DNA from: Bigelowiella natans CCMP2755
Taxonomy: Eukaryota; Protista; Cercozoa
DNA: 64,000 nucleotides
Assembly (NCBI GenBank): GCA_000320545.1
Contig: ADNK01001576.1
Coordinates: 1 to 64,000, forward strand
Direction of reading: 5' to 3'
The notes beneath the pieces were generated by a model. That model did not search any database. It saw nothing but the letters and a program-made list of their open reading frames with translations, and had not been told where the DNA came from. Made by a program: the position numbers and the translations under genes. Positions 34,720 through 49,300 of this stretch are shown piece after piece (position 1 is the first letter of the stretch; each line of letters begins with the position of its first letter).

Positions 34720-36266
34720 CTAGCTGCGCCTGCTTCGGAGATTATAGCGCGAAGTATTGGAAGATAATCTGGCTTTTGGCCTTATGTTGCTGCTCCCGCG
34801 CTTGTCTCCTCCCAGGTGACTTTCCTGGGTATTGTTTGGATCGGTTTTGCTATTATGGCGAGGACTCCTCTTCCTCAAGTTGCTGCTGCCGGTGGCCATA
34901 TTGCTGCCTGCATTAGCTTTCCCTCCATTTATGCTCGCAGGTTTGTTGGCCTGGCTATTCTCTGTGCTTTCATTCTCGCCCTTTTTTGAGGGACCTTGAA
35001 TAGCAGAGAGAAACCCTTTGGTGATTGCGACGAACCATACTAAGCTCAAGACCAACAGAAACACGGTGGCAAGCAGGCCTGCATATCTGGCGAAAAATAG
35101 CGGTGTGAATAATTTGGAGGTAAGAGGCGACAAGGGGGAGAAGGGGTGAGAGAATGATCTTCAATAAGACGATTGGAAAAACTGAAATGTGAAGTATGCA
35201 AATGTGCATTCGATGTTTTCTAGACAGAAATCCCTCTGCTGCTACCTACCTTTCAAACAAGTTGACGTAGCCAGAGGTCATCTCGTTCGTTATAACATCG
35301 TAGTAACAGTAGTAGAGGGAAGCAGGAAACAGCAGCACTCGAAATATAAGATACCTAACAACAACCCAACAACGAACAACTCTGAGGGGGGTAACCATGC
35401 ATATATCAGAAAATCAGATAGCATGATCATCCTCTAGCATCGCAACAGAGAACGTACAAGTCGTTATTATTAAGTCGAAATAATCTTTCTTCATCTTTGC
35501 AAGAAACCCATCTCCAACTCACGCACGGACGCCCAGCGTCAGCGTGAGAAGAATGCAAATCGGAATTTTACAGAATCGCCCCCGAATTCAATACCGAATC
35601 ACCGACGACTCTACACGTCACGGGGACTATTCATCGTCTTCTCGCGGGGCAAAATTATCATCGGTGACTTCAGTACTAATGTTTTTTCCAAAAAGCTTAA
35701 TCCCTTACGAAAAAGTGCGGCGGCATGCGTCATCTATTATCGGCGTCTTACGATAGCCAGAGAATTGCGCCGTTGATTACATAAATCAGCCTCCACGGAT
35801 AGAGCTTATCCTTCGGAAGCTGAAAGCTGCGCCAAAGAAACAACACATTGAGCGGGATCGCCTGAGAATTTACAACAGCAGCAGCTCGTCAGTAGGCCGT
35901 GTGAAAGCGTGCCAGTAGTCACAGAGTACTAAAGCAATCGTATTGAGATTTATGCACAATTCTATGGGCATGAAGCAGGTGTATGCTTTTCCAATAACGA
36001 ATTTCATTGCAAGAATGAAATAAATGTAAAGAACGTGTTCGCGGAGCAAGAGCGATTTGGTGGCCTAAATCTCTCGCTGTCGCTCTCAACTTCATCATCG
36101 GCACTTCGCAACAAGAAGAGAGGCCATTACCGAATATTCACATAAAGCGCACCAACTGCCAAAGAAATGCATTCGTGGAGTGATGTTTCCTGGGGGACAA
36201 ATATTTGACGAGTGTGAGAATGAGAATGCCCTTCGTCAATACTCATCAGAAGAGATAGACAATTCT

Positions 36267-36311
<45 letters not shown>

Positions 36312-36407
36312 ACGCATACACACTCTCTCACACTCTCACGCAAATAACCTGCATAAACCCATCGAGAAATTACGCACACAATCACAATCACAATCGCTTT
36401 TTTTAAA

Positions 36408-36443
<36 letters not shown>

Positions 36444-36686
36444 AATATATATCCGATTTGGTGGCTCTCTCCTACCTCACCTCGTCCTCTTCTTAATTCA
36501 GGAAAATGCATAAACAGGCCACATGCATGGTACTTACCATAGCCGTAGACAACGAGGCTCACGACGTGATGGACGAATATCAACACGCTGTCGTGGCCTT
36601 TGGTCGATTCAGGAAAGGCATGCGTGTGTACTGTGCGGCACCCGACTTTCACGACGTAGAGGAACATCATCCTTTGGTGCAAACCG

Positions 36687-36722
<36 letters not shown>

Positions 36723-36808
36723 AATGGCCATCCAAAGTGAGCGAACATGAAAAGAGACAGAGGCAGGGAGAAGGTGGTGGTTAGAACGCTGCAAGCACGT
36801 GGAGGGGT

Positions 36809-36841
<33 letters not shown>

Positions 36842-37591
36842 ACACTAAATATATGTACATATAAATACAGTATTATATTACCGCATGGAGCTCGGTGAGT
36901 AGGCTAACACCCGGCTCTATTAAATAAATTCCAGAGAGATGCTCAGAACGGATGGGGGGATGATTGGGGGGTAGGTGAAGGCAGGAAGGAAGCGAACTAT
37001 TATATACTATTCTCAGCGAAGATTGGGGAGCTTTTGAGGGTTTTTCGTGTCTTCTCTCGTTTCTACAATTTCATATTGGCCCCCCCTCCATGTTGTCTTT
37101 TGATTTTCCGAACTCCCCCCAAGCCCTCTTGCGGAAGGGAAAACCAGCAACTCTCCCGCCATTCAGCTCAGCAGATCGAGTATCTCCGGGCGATGATCAC
37201 ACCAAACCCTATTTCTGTGTCTTCTCTCGCATTTGATAAAACGTCACCATTTCCGCCTCAAATGCACGGTGTTCTCATCAAATTCACATCATTACCACGC
37301 CGGGTGGCAGACCCAATGCTTCATATTCTTTCCCCTCGTACAGTAGTGAGACAGTAGCGAGGTAGCAGAGGACCGGCAAGAAAACGATATTTATCAATTG
37401 ATCCGCTATTAGCATATATTGCATTCTATTAGCCAGTTTAACACGGGAAAACAGGTTAATATAAAAGTAGCTACCGATATTGACGGGGTGCCCAACAACA
37501 TACCCCTTTTCTATCAAGCGAACTAAGACAGAGAAGTGGAGAGGGGGGGGGGATAAGGATAATTAATCATCGATGTTTGTTTATATGTATA

Positions 37592-37641
<50 letters not shown>

Positions 37642-38476
37642 TAACACACACAATCACACACAATCACACACACACATAATCACTTTTATAATTTGTATAC
37701 TGTACTACGATTTACTACTTGCAAAGAGATGCATTGCTATAAAGGACGTAACGATGAGGGCTGCCACGCAACACAAATTCACAGGGTCTTCACTAGGCAT
37801 GAATCTATAAGAAAAGCAGGAGGAAGAAAGTGTCAAGAAAAAAGGACGAGGGATTATCGTGTTTGATATGATGCATGCATGATGTGAAAGACCCAGGCAA
37901 TATGTGCATTTGAGCAATATTCTAGCACGCTCTCACATGGGAACATTGACACATATACATACATACAAAAAGTATCCTACTTAGAGACGCGCGCGCGTGT
38001 GTATATGAGTGGTGGTGGTGTTGAAGAATTTAGTTGGCAATTTAGGATGGGTGCTGCATGTGCTAGTCCGATGTGTGAGTAAGATATAAAGGGCTACGAG
38101 TAAAGATTTGAAGTTATTATTACTTGAGATCCAAGCGTTTGTGTCCGTCGAGAATTTGTTGCTGCAGTGTTGAGCCTGGTAAAGTAGGGTATATCTCCTC
38201 GGAGCCATTTTGTGCCACTTGGCTGGTTGGGTAATCGTTATGACAACTGTTGTTGTACTGCGATCACGGGGAGGGAAGGAAAGCGGCGGGGGGGGATAGG
38301 ATTTAATTTCAGTCCACATTTTGACATAGATTGGTATATGTTAGAGAGGAAAACAACATCACCAGGAGGAATACGAGAAGGGCTGATATAACGATAAGTG
38401 ATAAGGAAAGAGATGTTTCTTGGCAACGCCGTTTCCGAGAGAGAAGCGTCTTCGCACTCGCCTCATCGGTCACCAT
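34720..38476 (-). CDS. TLC (TRAM/LAG1/CLN8) domain membrane protein, multi-exon; 5' end tentative
   Basis: Exons read LIFVHHVVSLVVYGYG, IPLNVLFLW...IYVINGAILWL and LLVLSLVWFVAITKG, which fit TLC-family motifs. Confidence 0.6.
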
Positions 38477-39043
38477 GTTCGTCAGTTCTATGGAAGTGGA
38501 AGTAAATCGTATGCTTTTTCACGATTCTTACGGCGCCCCTTGAGTTCTCTTCGCCTCCCCAGTTTTTTTGCAATCGTCCGCCGGGGTACGGAGCTGGATA
38601 TGATTCTTGGGAGCACTTGTTTGCCCTTATGATTTGTGTCGCACTATTAAAATCCATGCACTTCTTCTTGTTTTTCTGAGATATTCCTTGCTTTACAGTA
38701 GAAATACATGTGATCAGGCGACACTTCATTTACCTTGTCGTAGTAGTATATAACTCGAGACTTTTTTGCATTCAAAATGGTTTCAGTGTATATTGCTGAA
38801 CTGCATTCTCGCATATATAAATATCACAGCTAATTTTTAATTTTTGGATTTCTTTTTGATACATGAAATATGGCTTACTAATTTTCATCAAGTGAGCAAT
38901 TTCGCGCCAACTGGTGTGGGCGTTAGAGGGAGGGGAGACGATGGTTTCTTTGGTCATTGTTATCTGTGAATACAGAAAAAGAAAAGTAAATCATAGTTTT
39001 TGAAATACCCGAATACTATGGTGAAAAGGTTCGTGTGCGGAAG

Positions 39044-39446
39044 ATGTTGAAAAGACTGCCTACAAGGATAGAACTTGGCCCCGAGGACGTAATGGAGCTC
39101 TCAGATGTCAAGAAGAAATCGGAATCTAAGGTAACAGCACATCCCCATCACTGAAAGCGTTAGAATTCGCAATTCACATGCCTACTCCACATCTGATAAC
39201 GGCATTTGTCAATGGGTTCTTCGAGCAGACAAGGAACCGCTTTCAAAGAGGGGAACTCGACGACAAGAAAATGTCCCGAGACTCTTCCCCGATCATTAAG
39301 ATAGACGATAGAAGGTAGATTTGGTTATATTTCTTGGGATTTATACTGCTGTTCATCGACTCGTCCAAGTAAGACTAATAAATTGCCTTCGCAGCACTGG
39401 GGACCGTTTAGGCATCGACGAGCAGCAGCTACGCTTCGACGAATAA
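39044..39446 (+). CDS. CDC26: Anaphase-promoting complex subunit CDC26/APC12 (3 exons)
   Basis: Exons 39044-39130, 39229-39314 and 39395-39446 give MLKRLPTRIELGPEDVMEL...DRLG...FDE*. The N-terminus matches the CDC26 signature MLRRxPTRLEL. Confidence 0.75.
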
Positions 39447-40322
39447 TAGAGGAATTTAGAGAATGATACCGATTATATTACATACACTTATTTAGCTAAA
39501 CCAATTAGTATCTTGCATTGTTTTCTTAGCATGCGCCACACGCCTACTTGATTGTACAGCTAAGCTTTCGTTGTAAAGTATGAGTTCATTGCATGCTGGA
39601 TTGAGGTTATTCGATCCACACCTGTAATGTGTGGCGGATTGACGAGATGGCAACTTTGTCGTGCGATATAGATGCTAAGGATAAAATTTTAACCTAAATA
39701 TCCCTCACTACGAGTTTTTTGGCCTTAATTAAGATTATGGACACGCATGATGGCATATGCATTACACATATGTAATCACATCCGGCGTGCCACTTGAACA
39801 GTTTGTTTGCATATGAATTCGTTGTGCATGTAGCTTAATGTAACGTAGCGAGCTTTTGCTTACTGTCGTTCCGATTATATTATCATATTAATTATCAGCC
39901 ATCCTAGCATCTAGTTATGTTACTTATTCTGTGTGACATCTCTAGATCTCGATCTAGAATAAGAGAACTCTAGAAACTGCAATGTGCGCTATCAATACCG
40001 CCGCCCACACTATACATCCCATGCTAGCAATAATAGACTACGTAATATAATATATACAATATATATCATGTTACTGTGTCTATAACTAGCGAATAGCATG
40101 CTACGACGTAGATTCATCGTATATATCTGCATCATTATTTCGTGGTACGTACGCATAGGTCGAACAGTAGTTACTGCCCCTACTACATGGTATGTTGATC
40201 AGTACTAGAGTACAAACATATGAATTATATCGCAGCGCAAGGAAATTCAGCTCATATACTCTTCTTCTAGGTCTTGACATCTTGAGAACAATAAACGTAC
40301 ATGAAATAAAAGACTGCTCCTA

Positions 40323-41835
40323 CTACGCAGCGGGTGGGTCTTTCCGCTTGGCTCCTATTCCTACTTAAAATCATGGATCGCACGAATTACATTCAGAAAA
40401 TAGTATAATCTCAATCACGCGCCACCACATACAATAGTAGTACAAATCAGAGATCGATACCAGAAGAATCAATCAATCCAATCGAGCAGGACGGTGATGA
40501 TACAACCGTCATCGTTGTAGCGCCATCAATCAATATAGTAGAGTAGAAAATTATTTACCAAGGATAAGTAACATAGTTCCCACATTAATATTAGAGAATA
40601 ATGGGATGGAAGACTTTGTGGTGGAGGTTGATGCAGCAGGAGGACGTCTACTCCCCGCCCAACCACGCGGAAAATACTCGATTTTGGCAGAAACATCATT
40701 CGTCTCATATCATCCCCTCCCCCCCCCCTTATTCTCTGACGAGATCTCTCAGAGAATTGCGCACACTATCTCACTTTTGCTGTCTTATCACCACGCATTT
40801 CAAGTCGCATATGTCATGGATATAAAGAAGGTGGATGATCTATATTCGACTCACGTTCCTGTGTTGCTGGAGCTTCTTTTCCGTCGCCATTTGCGACGAT
40901 ATTAGCGGTAGATATCTTCTCGCTACCGGTGCCGCTGCTGGTGCACATAGAGATAATGTCTTCCTTCTTTATGTCGTCACATAGCGCCTCGAATGTGTCT
41001 AGCGATGACAAAAAGGGACAATATTTAACCCAAAAAAAAATGATTCAGTAATAAGTGCATATTCAATATATTATATTTGCGCGCGTGTGTGTGTATCACT
41101 GCAAATAGCACATTCCCCAGAGCCATAACGATGCTACTCTTTCATCAGTAGCTTAGTAGCAGCAGTAGAGGCTACTACTACACCAAAGGAATAATGACAT
41201 ACTCATGCATGTCGTGAGGAAGTTTGGATGGTTTTTGTCCGGCCGAGCCCTGAGCAACATCGGGTATATGTGCAGCATTTAGCATTAAAACACCAACGAA
41301 TGAGAGGCCAGAGGCCACGACTGCTAATGATAACATCTCTAGTTGTTCCGAACGAATGCACGATCCAACGCGTCTATTCTATGAGTCTTTTCGCTCAGAT
41401 GAAACCGTGCTTGGTGGTATTGTGTGTGGAAAAGACGATGGAAATTCGCTTTGCATCGGTTTTGCGACAAGCTTCTAGGCGTTCCTGTGCTGTATCTTCG
41501 CTGCGCAGAAACCGTTTGTCCTTTATTTGCTGTAAGCGTGCGTGTGTGTAGTCATTCGAGTGTCCATATTCCTCAAATCGTGCAGTTTGGAGAGTTCCTG
41601 CAACTTCATCACCTGATCAGCTGCCAGACTCCGTCTTTCGCATTGTACACGGCCTTAATATATATGGACACATGGATTTATGTGGTACGTGTGTGTGTGT
41701 GATTGTGTGCCTAGCCAATGCTACTACACTGTCTATTCTTATACCTCGACCACGTAGCTCATCTGATCCCGAAACCGCCGTTGGTGTTTGTTATACTCCT
41801 ATGCGTGTAAATAAATTTATATAATATTATGTATG

Positions 41836-41902
<67 letters not shown>

Positions 41903-42345
41903 CGATGCGCGTAAATCAACAGCCAGAATCAGTCCGAAGAGCTCAATTCAGAACGTTGGTGGAGAGAGGAAAATCCTATATTTTTTCCTCGCAATAAACC
42001 AAATGTAGTCTTAGGAGGGAAAAAAATAGAAACGTGGTACAGATAACACATCTACCACCTTAAATGTGTAGCCCCCCCCGGCATTCTGCAACGCTCTAAT
42101 ATGACAAAAACAATGATGCGTGCGGATGAGTGGAGTTTGATAGCAAAAGAAAGCAACACGCATATCAAAGGAGAACGAAACAATACACTCTCTGCTTTAT
42201 ACATTCCTCCCGCCTTGCTGTCATCTGGCCCTCCCCCCCCCTCTTACTTAAGCAAAGAGCTTGGGTTGTTGATGGTTGTTTTCTTTATCGGAGTCTCGCT
42301 AGAGTCGGTTTCTATTCACACAGACACATGTTAGAAGGCGTTGAT

Positions 42346-42377
<32 letters not shown>

Positions 42378-44815
42378 TATATCAGAGAGCTATAATGTAC
42401 CGCCGCCGTTGTTGTGCGTTCCAACATAAAGCGAGACGTCTTTCCTGAAACATACAGTGCGGCTATTGTCACAAAGAAAATATGCGCTACAGCAACTCAA
42501 CGATGATCGGGCAGGGGTTATTCACAGAAAGATTGAAAAGGATGAATCGTCCTCTCGAAGCGTATGAGCTTTTTCTGCGACATTCTCGTTTTCGGGAGCT
42601 GCTACATAGCTAATGAGACACACATGTGGGTCTCGCTATACGCGTGTGTATGGTAAAATTGTAGGATGACTGGTAATTTTTCATTCGTCAAAAATATTAG
42701 TATATCATCGGTAGCACAAAAGGGCTAGTGTGACGTTTCTTTCCTATGATGATTCGTAAACTCGCGTTTTATACCTGTGCCGCATCGCTCGCACCAGCTC
42801 TGTTTCGCGTATGCTCACATCTATGAAACAACGGCACGTAAAAAAGGACGAGAGTAGCGATGAGAGTTACAGCAACGGCCTCTGAGACAAATAGCCGAAA
42901 GTAACGTAGTAAGGAGGGCATAGGATACTTAAATTATAGTTGAGTAATATTGCGACGTAATAGTGACGTCTAGGAAATCTTGAGCTAATAAAAAGGGGTT
43001 GGATGGGGGAGCATTGTCGTTGAATCTATGATACACACGGTCAGTATTTTCGTGGAAGGAATCGAGATCTTCGATGCTGCCAGCTTTCGTGTTTTGTTTA
43101 GCCGCTTTGCGAAGAATATTGTTTTATTTTCTTCATCCCCCCCCCCCCCCCTCTCCTTCCTCATCCTATGATTTATAATGTTGCTTGCACCGATAGTTTG
43201 TAGCTCGGTTGGCTTCCATTTCAAGATTGGAAGTCTCGTCATCATGTATCCTCCTGCGACACGTCAGACGTCCTCTTAGCATCCACTATCAATGCTTACA
43301 CTTGTACTTGTGAATTTGTGCGTGCGTGCGTGCGCACGCGTGTGTGTTCGAAAACTGTACGTATCCGCAAATCATATCGTCTAGGTAGTTGCTCATTTCC
43401 AATAAAACCTTCGGCTGGCGTGAAGATGATTCCGTCGTTCATATTTTTCCTACGCAGTAGCAGTGTTGTTGGTGTAGAAGGAGCACTCTTTGTGAGCAAT
43501 TGCAATAGCTACAACTCTAACGGTTGCGTTGGTTGCGCATGTGCGTCGTGGGAAAGAAAATAGTAGTGTTGAGCAGTTCTCTCGAGCTTCTAGATAGGTG
43601 TGCGTGTGTTTGTGTGTGACGCGTGCAGGCTGCACATTGCCATACCTTTCACCCGTGCTTCTTTTCTCTGTAAAAAGCCATTCGGGTGTGTGCGAAAACA
43701 CGCCATGGTCGTTGCTTGCAGGGCCGGCACTTCCTCCTTTCACGTCATCGGCCCCCCCCCCTCCAGTTTGAGTTATCCTCTGGAATATAATCTCCACGTG
43801 CTTTTTTGGCATTATGGTTTTTGTCTGCAGGGCGAAGGGGGCTTTGATGCGGTCTTTGTTCCCACGATAATCGCGGATGATTCTTTGCAGCGCCTCCAGT
43901 CTGTCCTCGAATGAACGCTTCAGATATGATTTACCTGCCAACTCAACTACGTCGAATAGAAGATACGCCAGTCGCTTTTCGCCGTTGTTCCACTGCCAAT
44001 AGCCACACAAAAAAAATAAAATGACCTTGTTGCCTCATCCCAAATGTGTTTATCAACGGCAATATGAATGCTAATGCGCACTGATCTATGTTCAATCGAA
44101 TAGATGTACTACACAACCATCACCACCTCCTCAACAAGCTCTCCATCCAGAAGAGTATCGCCCTGCCCATTGAAGCATCTTGACGCGAAAAACCCGCTCA
44201 ATTGCCCCGAGAGAATCTTGAGTTTGAAGTCACGCCCAATCAGGTAGCAGCGTCCTTTCCTAAATAAGAAGGAATGAAAGGACGAAGGAGGACGTATTCT
44301 CGCCAGCATGCTAGGTAACAGCAACAACGCGCACGCGTGTACCTTCGAGAAGAGAAGAGGAGGAAGCGGTCTCCATCTGATTTCTCTGCAACAAAATATC
44401 TGTTCGTTTTCAGAACGTGAAGATTGGATCTGGACAGTGTCTGCGGCATAGGCCCCGGCGATTTCTTGAAAAGCCAATGGTGCTGCTCTTTCCTTACATT
44501 TTCCTTGCCGCACATTCGCAGAATCTGAGACTGCAATTGAGCTTCTTCTCTCGCATCCTCTGCCTTCAGTTGTGATATGAACAGATCTTTCATTCCTAGG
44601 GGAGCTGCATTGGGGCTTCTATTTGCTGGTCCTACGAATGTATGCGTGCGATGTCGAATGAGACGAGACAAGACGCACATTGGCTCAGAAGTTTCACTAC
44701 CTCCCGTTCCGCCACTTCTTTGTTGATAATGGCCACCCCCTCTTCCTCTCCCTTGCCTCCGTTCCTGTCCTCGAAAACCCCCACGTCCTCCCCTGCCAGA
44801 CGGTGAGTTTCTCAT
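40323..44815 (-). CDS. mRNA capping enzyme, guanylyltransferase, multi-exon
   Basis: Nucleotidyltransferase motifs in order: YFVAEKSDG (I), TLLDGELV (III), YLLFDVV (IIIa), NDGIIFTP (IV), ILKWKP (V), RPDKNHPN (VI). 3' end tentative. Confidence 0.9.
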
Positions 44816-46341
44816 TTCGCTAGTTAAAAGGCGAGACGGGTAATGTACTCGTTGGATTGTAATCTGGGAAATGAATAGCGAGAATCCTTTCCAATCTCAT
44901 CCTGCGACATAAATGAATTCATGTCGTAAGGAAAAAACAAATATCAAGAAAAGGATGTGTTGTCGCAGGGTCGGAATACAGGCTCTTCGAGTTTCGTATT
45001 TCATCACGTGGACCGATCGACTTGCATCCATCTCGTGATGGTTCTTCACAAGTTCGACACTGCAGATGACAGATTCAAATTGTTCCAATGGTTAGTCTAG
45101 CTGCTTAGCCGTCTAACTAGCTAGCCGTCTAGCCGTCTCTAGGTCTAGCTAGCTAGCTATCCCTGGAACAACAGAGCACGTCTGGACATCTGGACGTCCA
45201 GACATGCCAGCATGCCAGCCGGCTGTCTAGCTGTGCTGGTTTTTGTGCATGACTATCATGACTGCCACACCATGCCAGCATGCGACATTCGGACGTGCCT
45301 ATCTAGCCGTGTATGCTTGCCTGGACACACTGCTAGATCAAACACATCTAGACATCTAGACGTTCAAAATTGAACATTGCCAGATTGCTGGATTGCTAGA
45401 TTGGAGTTGATTCCAGAATTGGCAGTCATCTTGCAGTTGCTAGCTAGCCAGACTTTTGCTAGTTCCAGACTGACATGCTAGCTCTGCAAGGCTAGAAGGC
45501 CTAGAGGCCAAAAGGCTAGAAGAGGCAGGCTAGCAGGAGGGCACGCTGACACGCTGATGACACGCTGCTAGGCTGACGACAACCAAAACTAGAAAAAACC
45601 AGACAAGACGACGCACTGCTAGCTAGCTAGAGCTAGCTAAGCGCATTCCAGCATTCCAGCATTTGCGATGGCTAGATGGCGATGCATGCTTGACATGGAT
45701 GCGTGCTAGCTAGCTAGCGTGCGTGACTAGCTAGCTAGGTCTAGATGTTTTCAGATCTGTCATCACACGTCCTAGATCTAGTAGATGCTCTCTGCTAGCT
45801 AGCTAGTCTGGCTCTCCCTGGATCTAGCTCTAGAGCTAGCAAGAGATTTCGACAAACTAGCACACCTGCATGCTGTGTGCATTTCTGGATTTCTAGAACT
45901 AGCTAGCTAGCTAGTTAGATTTGATGTCACTATCTAGTCACAGATTGCGATCGCATGGTGAGCACTTTTGACTGCAACAATCTGCGCTAACTCTAATGCA
46001 CAATGGAATGCCTAGATGAAAATGCTAGATTGCGTAGTAGATGAATGGTACTGCACATGTGTCCTAGCTAGCTAGTGTCATGGACACATGCTAAGCTGGT
46101 AAGCTAAAAGCTAATGGCATAGCTCTAAGGATTTGACACTTGAATGCATGGTGTTTACTTGTCATTGTTTAAAATATAGTTTGTATCGTTGGATGTACTT
46201 GTTAATGGCTCACAATCCGTTTTTATTTTCGGCAGCGAATCGATCCTCGTTGACATCAAACCCTCTAGGAGTGAATTGACGTTGATTTCCTGGAGTCCCT
46301 GGAGTTCCTGGTCCATCAGCTCGACCTATTGGTTGGAGAGC

Positions 46342-49300
46342 TCATGCAGATTGTTGGGGTGTTGACAGTGTTGGGATCGATTTTAACTGCTTCGTCTCAC
46401 CCAATTCATTGCTATCTTCTTGGGATCCCGGGGATCTTACATCAAGGTGAACGTCACCCTTCCCAGTCTTCATTTGTTTTCCAACCTCATCAATGTTAAC
46501 TTTCGGCCTTAATCCGTATCCTGTACGCCTATATACCCACTTAGTTATTTCGTCCGCAATAGCACACACAGGGGTAAGGCCAATGACCAACCCCCATTCG
46601 CGACCTCCAAGATAACTCATCGAAAATATATCCATTAGCCCTGGAACGTTGCCAACGAAAAGAGTAAAGACAACTGAAAATCCCACGGCGTACTGCATGT
46701 ACTTGTTGCTGAATAATCCCATTGTAAACACTGACGACCGAAGCGAGCGACTCGTGTACGCTCTAAGAAGTTCCAAGAAAACGATTACGTAAATCACCAT
46801 CGTCTGGGCTCTTCTAGTTCCATCTGTAATTTCATCATCACTTAAATTATCGTTGGTTCCATCTGCAGAACCGACATTCCACTGAAGCCCGATAATATAC
46901 ACTGCAAGAGTTATCCCAGTTTCAAGGATTGTTTGAATTACAATTCCCGTAATCATGAGTTTCTCTAAAATCGGCTCGCTGAGAGGACGCGGTCCTTGAT
47001 CCATTATTCCTGAAACATAATGGTTTTATATCATTTTGGAAAAAACATATTATCAATGGATGCACAAATAAAATCTCGTTGAAAATCTTAACAGTTCGCC
47101 AATAGGGCTTAGCATCATCATTAAAGTCCGACCGGGCTCTGCTTGCTCAAGAGCAAGTGCAACAGCTGGAGCCCCATCAGTGACTAAGTTCAACCATAAA
47201 ATCTGGATTGGAACCAATGGGGTACGCAGACCGGCGAGGAGTGCAACCAAGATGAGAAATACCTTTCCAAATCCAATCTATAGATCAGGAACAATATCCA
47301 AAAAACAGAATTCGGTACTACCTCAGCAACATTAGTTGACAATAGGAAGAAAACAAATTTGGTGATGTTGGCGTAGATCTTCCTGCCCTCTTTGATAGCC
47401 TAAAAAGTATTGATTTAAGAACATATTTACGGTACTTAATTGGTTTATGGCTTCTTACTGTAACAATGGTCGCAAAGGAATCATCCAGGAGTATCTGTCG
47501 TGATAATTTAAGATCGAGTCTTCTTGCAAAGGTTTTTATCTGCTTACCATATCAGCTGAACGTTTGGCGACATCTGTTCCTGAGCCCATAGCGACACCTG
47601 AAGAAAGATAGTTTCTCGAACACCCAAATCAAGAACACTATGAACTACCAATATTTGCTCCTTGTAATGCAGCTGCATCGTTAACTCCATCTCCAGTCAT
47701 ACTAGCAACATGGCCCTACGACCAACGAAATATGTGTAACGCTCTCAAAAGAAACAACAAGTTGGGATACCTGTCGTTTATAGGACTCAATGATAGTTAT
47801 CTTGTCAGTAGGTTCTGCACGAGCATAGACTTTGGTTCTCGACGTGATCTCATCAACCTAATATGGTCATCCTATTATCTAAAGAGAATTTTGATTAATG
47901 ACTTCAAATTGCCTCGGCATAAACTCCATCAAGAGCTGCTTTTATTTCAGACTTCCCTTGGGACGTGGCTTCTTTTGTATCCTGAAACAATAAAGGATGG
48001 GTTTAGGACTCTCGGATGGAAAATTAAACAAATACCTTCCGCAGCTTTGAAATACGCTGCCCAAGCCTTCTCAATTTTCTGCAATCCATGACCTATTTCG
48101 AAATCTTTTTGTAAGCTTTACTTACATTAAGAAACGACCACAATATTCTAGAGTTAGCATTCAAAAATTTTACATACCCGATTTGAATTTTCACGATCCC
48201 CTTTGGGCAGTAGGTCAATATTCTCTGCAATAGCTCGAGCAGTGGCTAAGTAATCGCCAGTAATCATAACCTCCATAGACAAACATGAAGACGTTACTAT
48301 GTCACTATGACTTAAGCATACCATAGGTGTATTATAGTACTGTGTCAACGCCTGCGTTCCTTGCAAGTAAGATAGCATCAGCTACTTCTGGCCTTTCAGG
48401 ATCGATCGCCGCATTTAAGCCCAAAAATATCAAATTATTCTCCAATGTCTAAGTATTTTGATACCATCAGATGCTATCCCATATCGAAAGTTAAGATAAG
48501 ACCTCTTGATCAACTTTTGAATCATCGGTGTATCCTTGAATTCCCACAGCCAGAACACGTAGCGCTTGGGACGAGAGGTTGTTTACAGTATTTAAAGCTA
48601 TCTCCTGAATTTAGGAATCCTGTCTTATGAGAATATCTTCAACAATTCTAATTATGTACTCTACAAAATTAAACACTATACACTTTTAAACTGACATATT
48701 GCTATACGATGCAATAACTTTGCTCTTTGTTGTATGATAACATGGAGGTCTTAAATATAGTTCCACCACCTTTTCCTTTAATCCCATCGGGACAACCTTC
48801 CTGTCTATAAGTACATGAGTAGAACGCTCTATAATTCGATTTGGTGCTCCCTTCGTGACCGCCACGAAGGAGAAATTTTGAGATAAAATAGATGTGAATG
48901 CAGAACATCCAGGAACCTTTTTATCCTGATGAAGCGATTTTAGGATTTTAGGGAAGAAAGAAGCTAATTTCATTTCAACCTTACAAAGTACCATCGTGTT
49001 CTCGTAGTTCTCGTTGATCTTAACCAATACGGACATCATCTTTCTCTTTGACGAAAACGGGTTTTCTTTTACTTGTGTATATGCTTCAGCAATCTGTAAA
49101 CTCAACAATTTTATCGGGGATCAAAAGTACATAAAAATATTTTAAGTACATTCTTTCGTTCGACCCCCAGCTTCCTGGCAGCTACTACGAGTGCTCGTTC
49201 GGTAGCATTTCCCGTCCCTACCCATTCGCGTGTTGTTTTTTCCTCGCCTTTGTCGTTCTTAACTGTGACATCGGCTAGTTCTACAGTTGCTCCACTGCAG

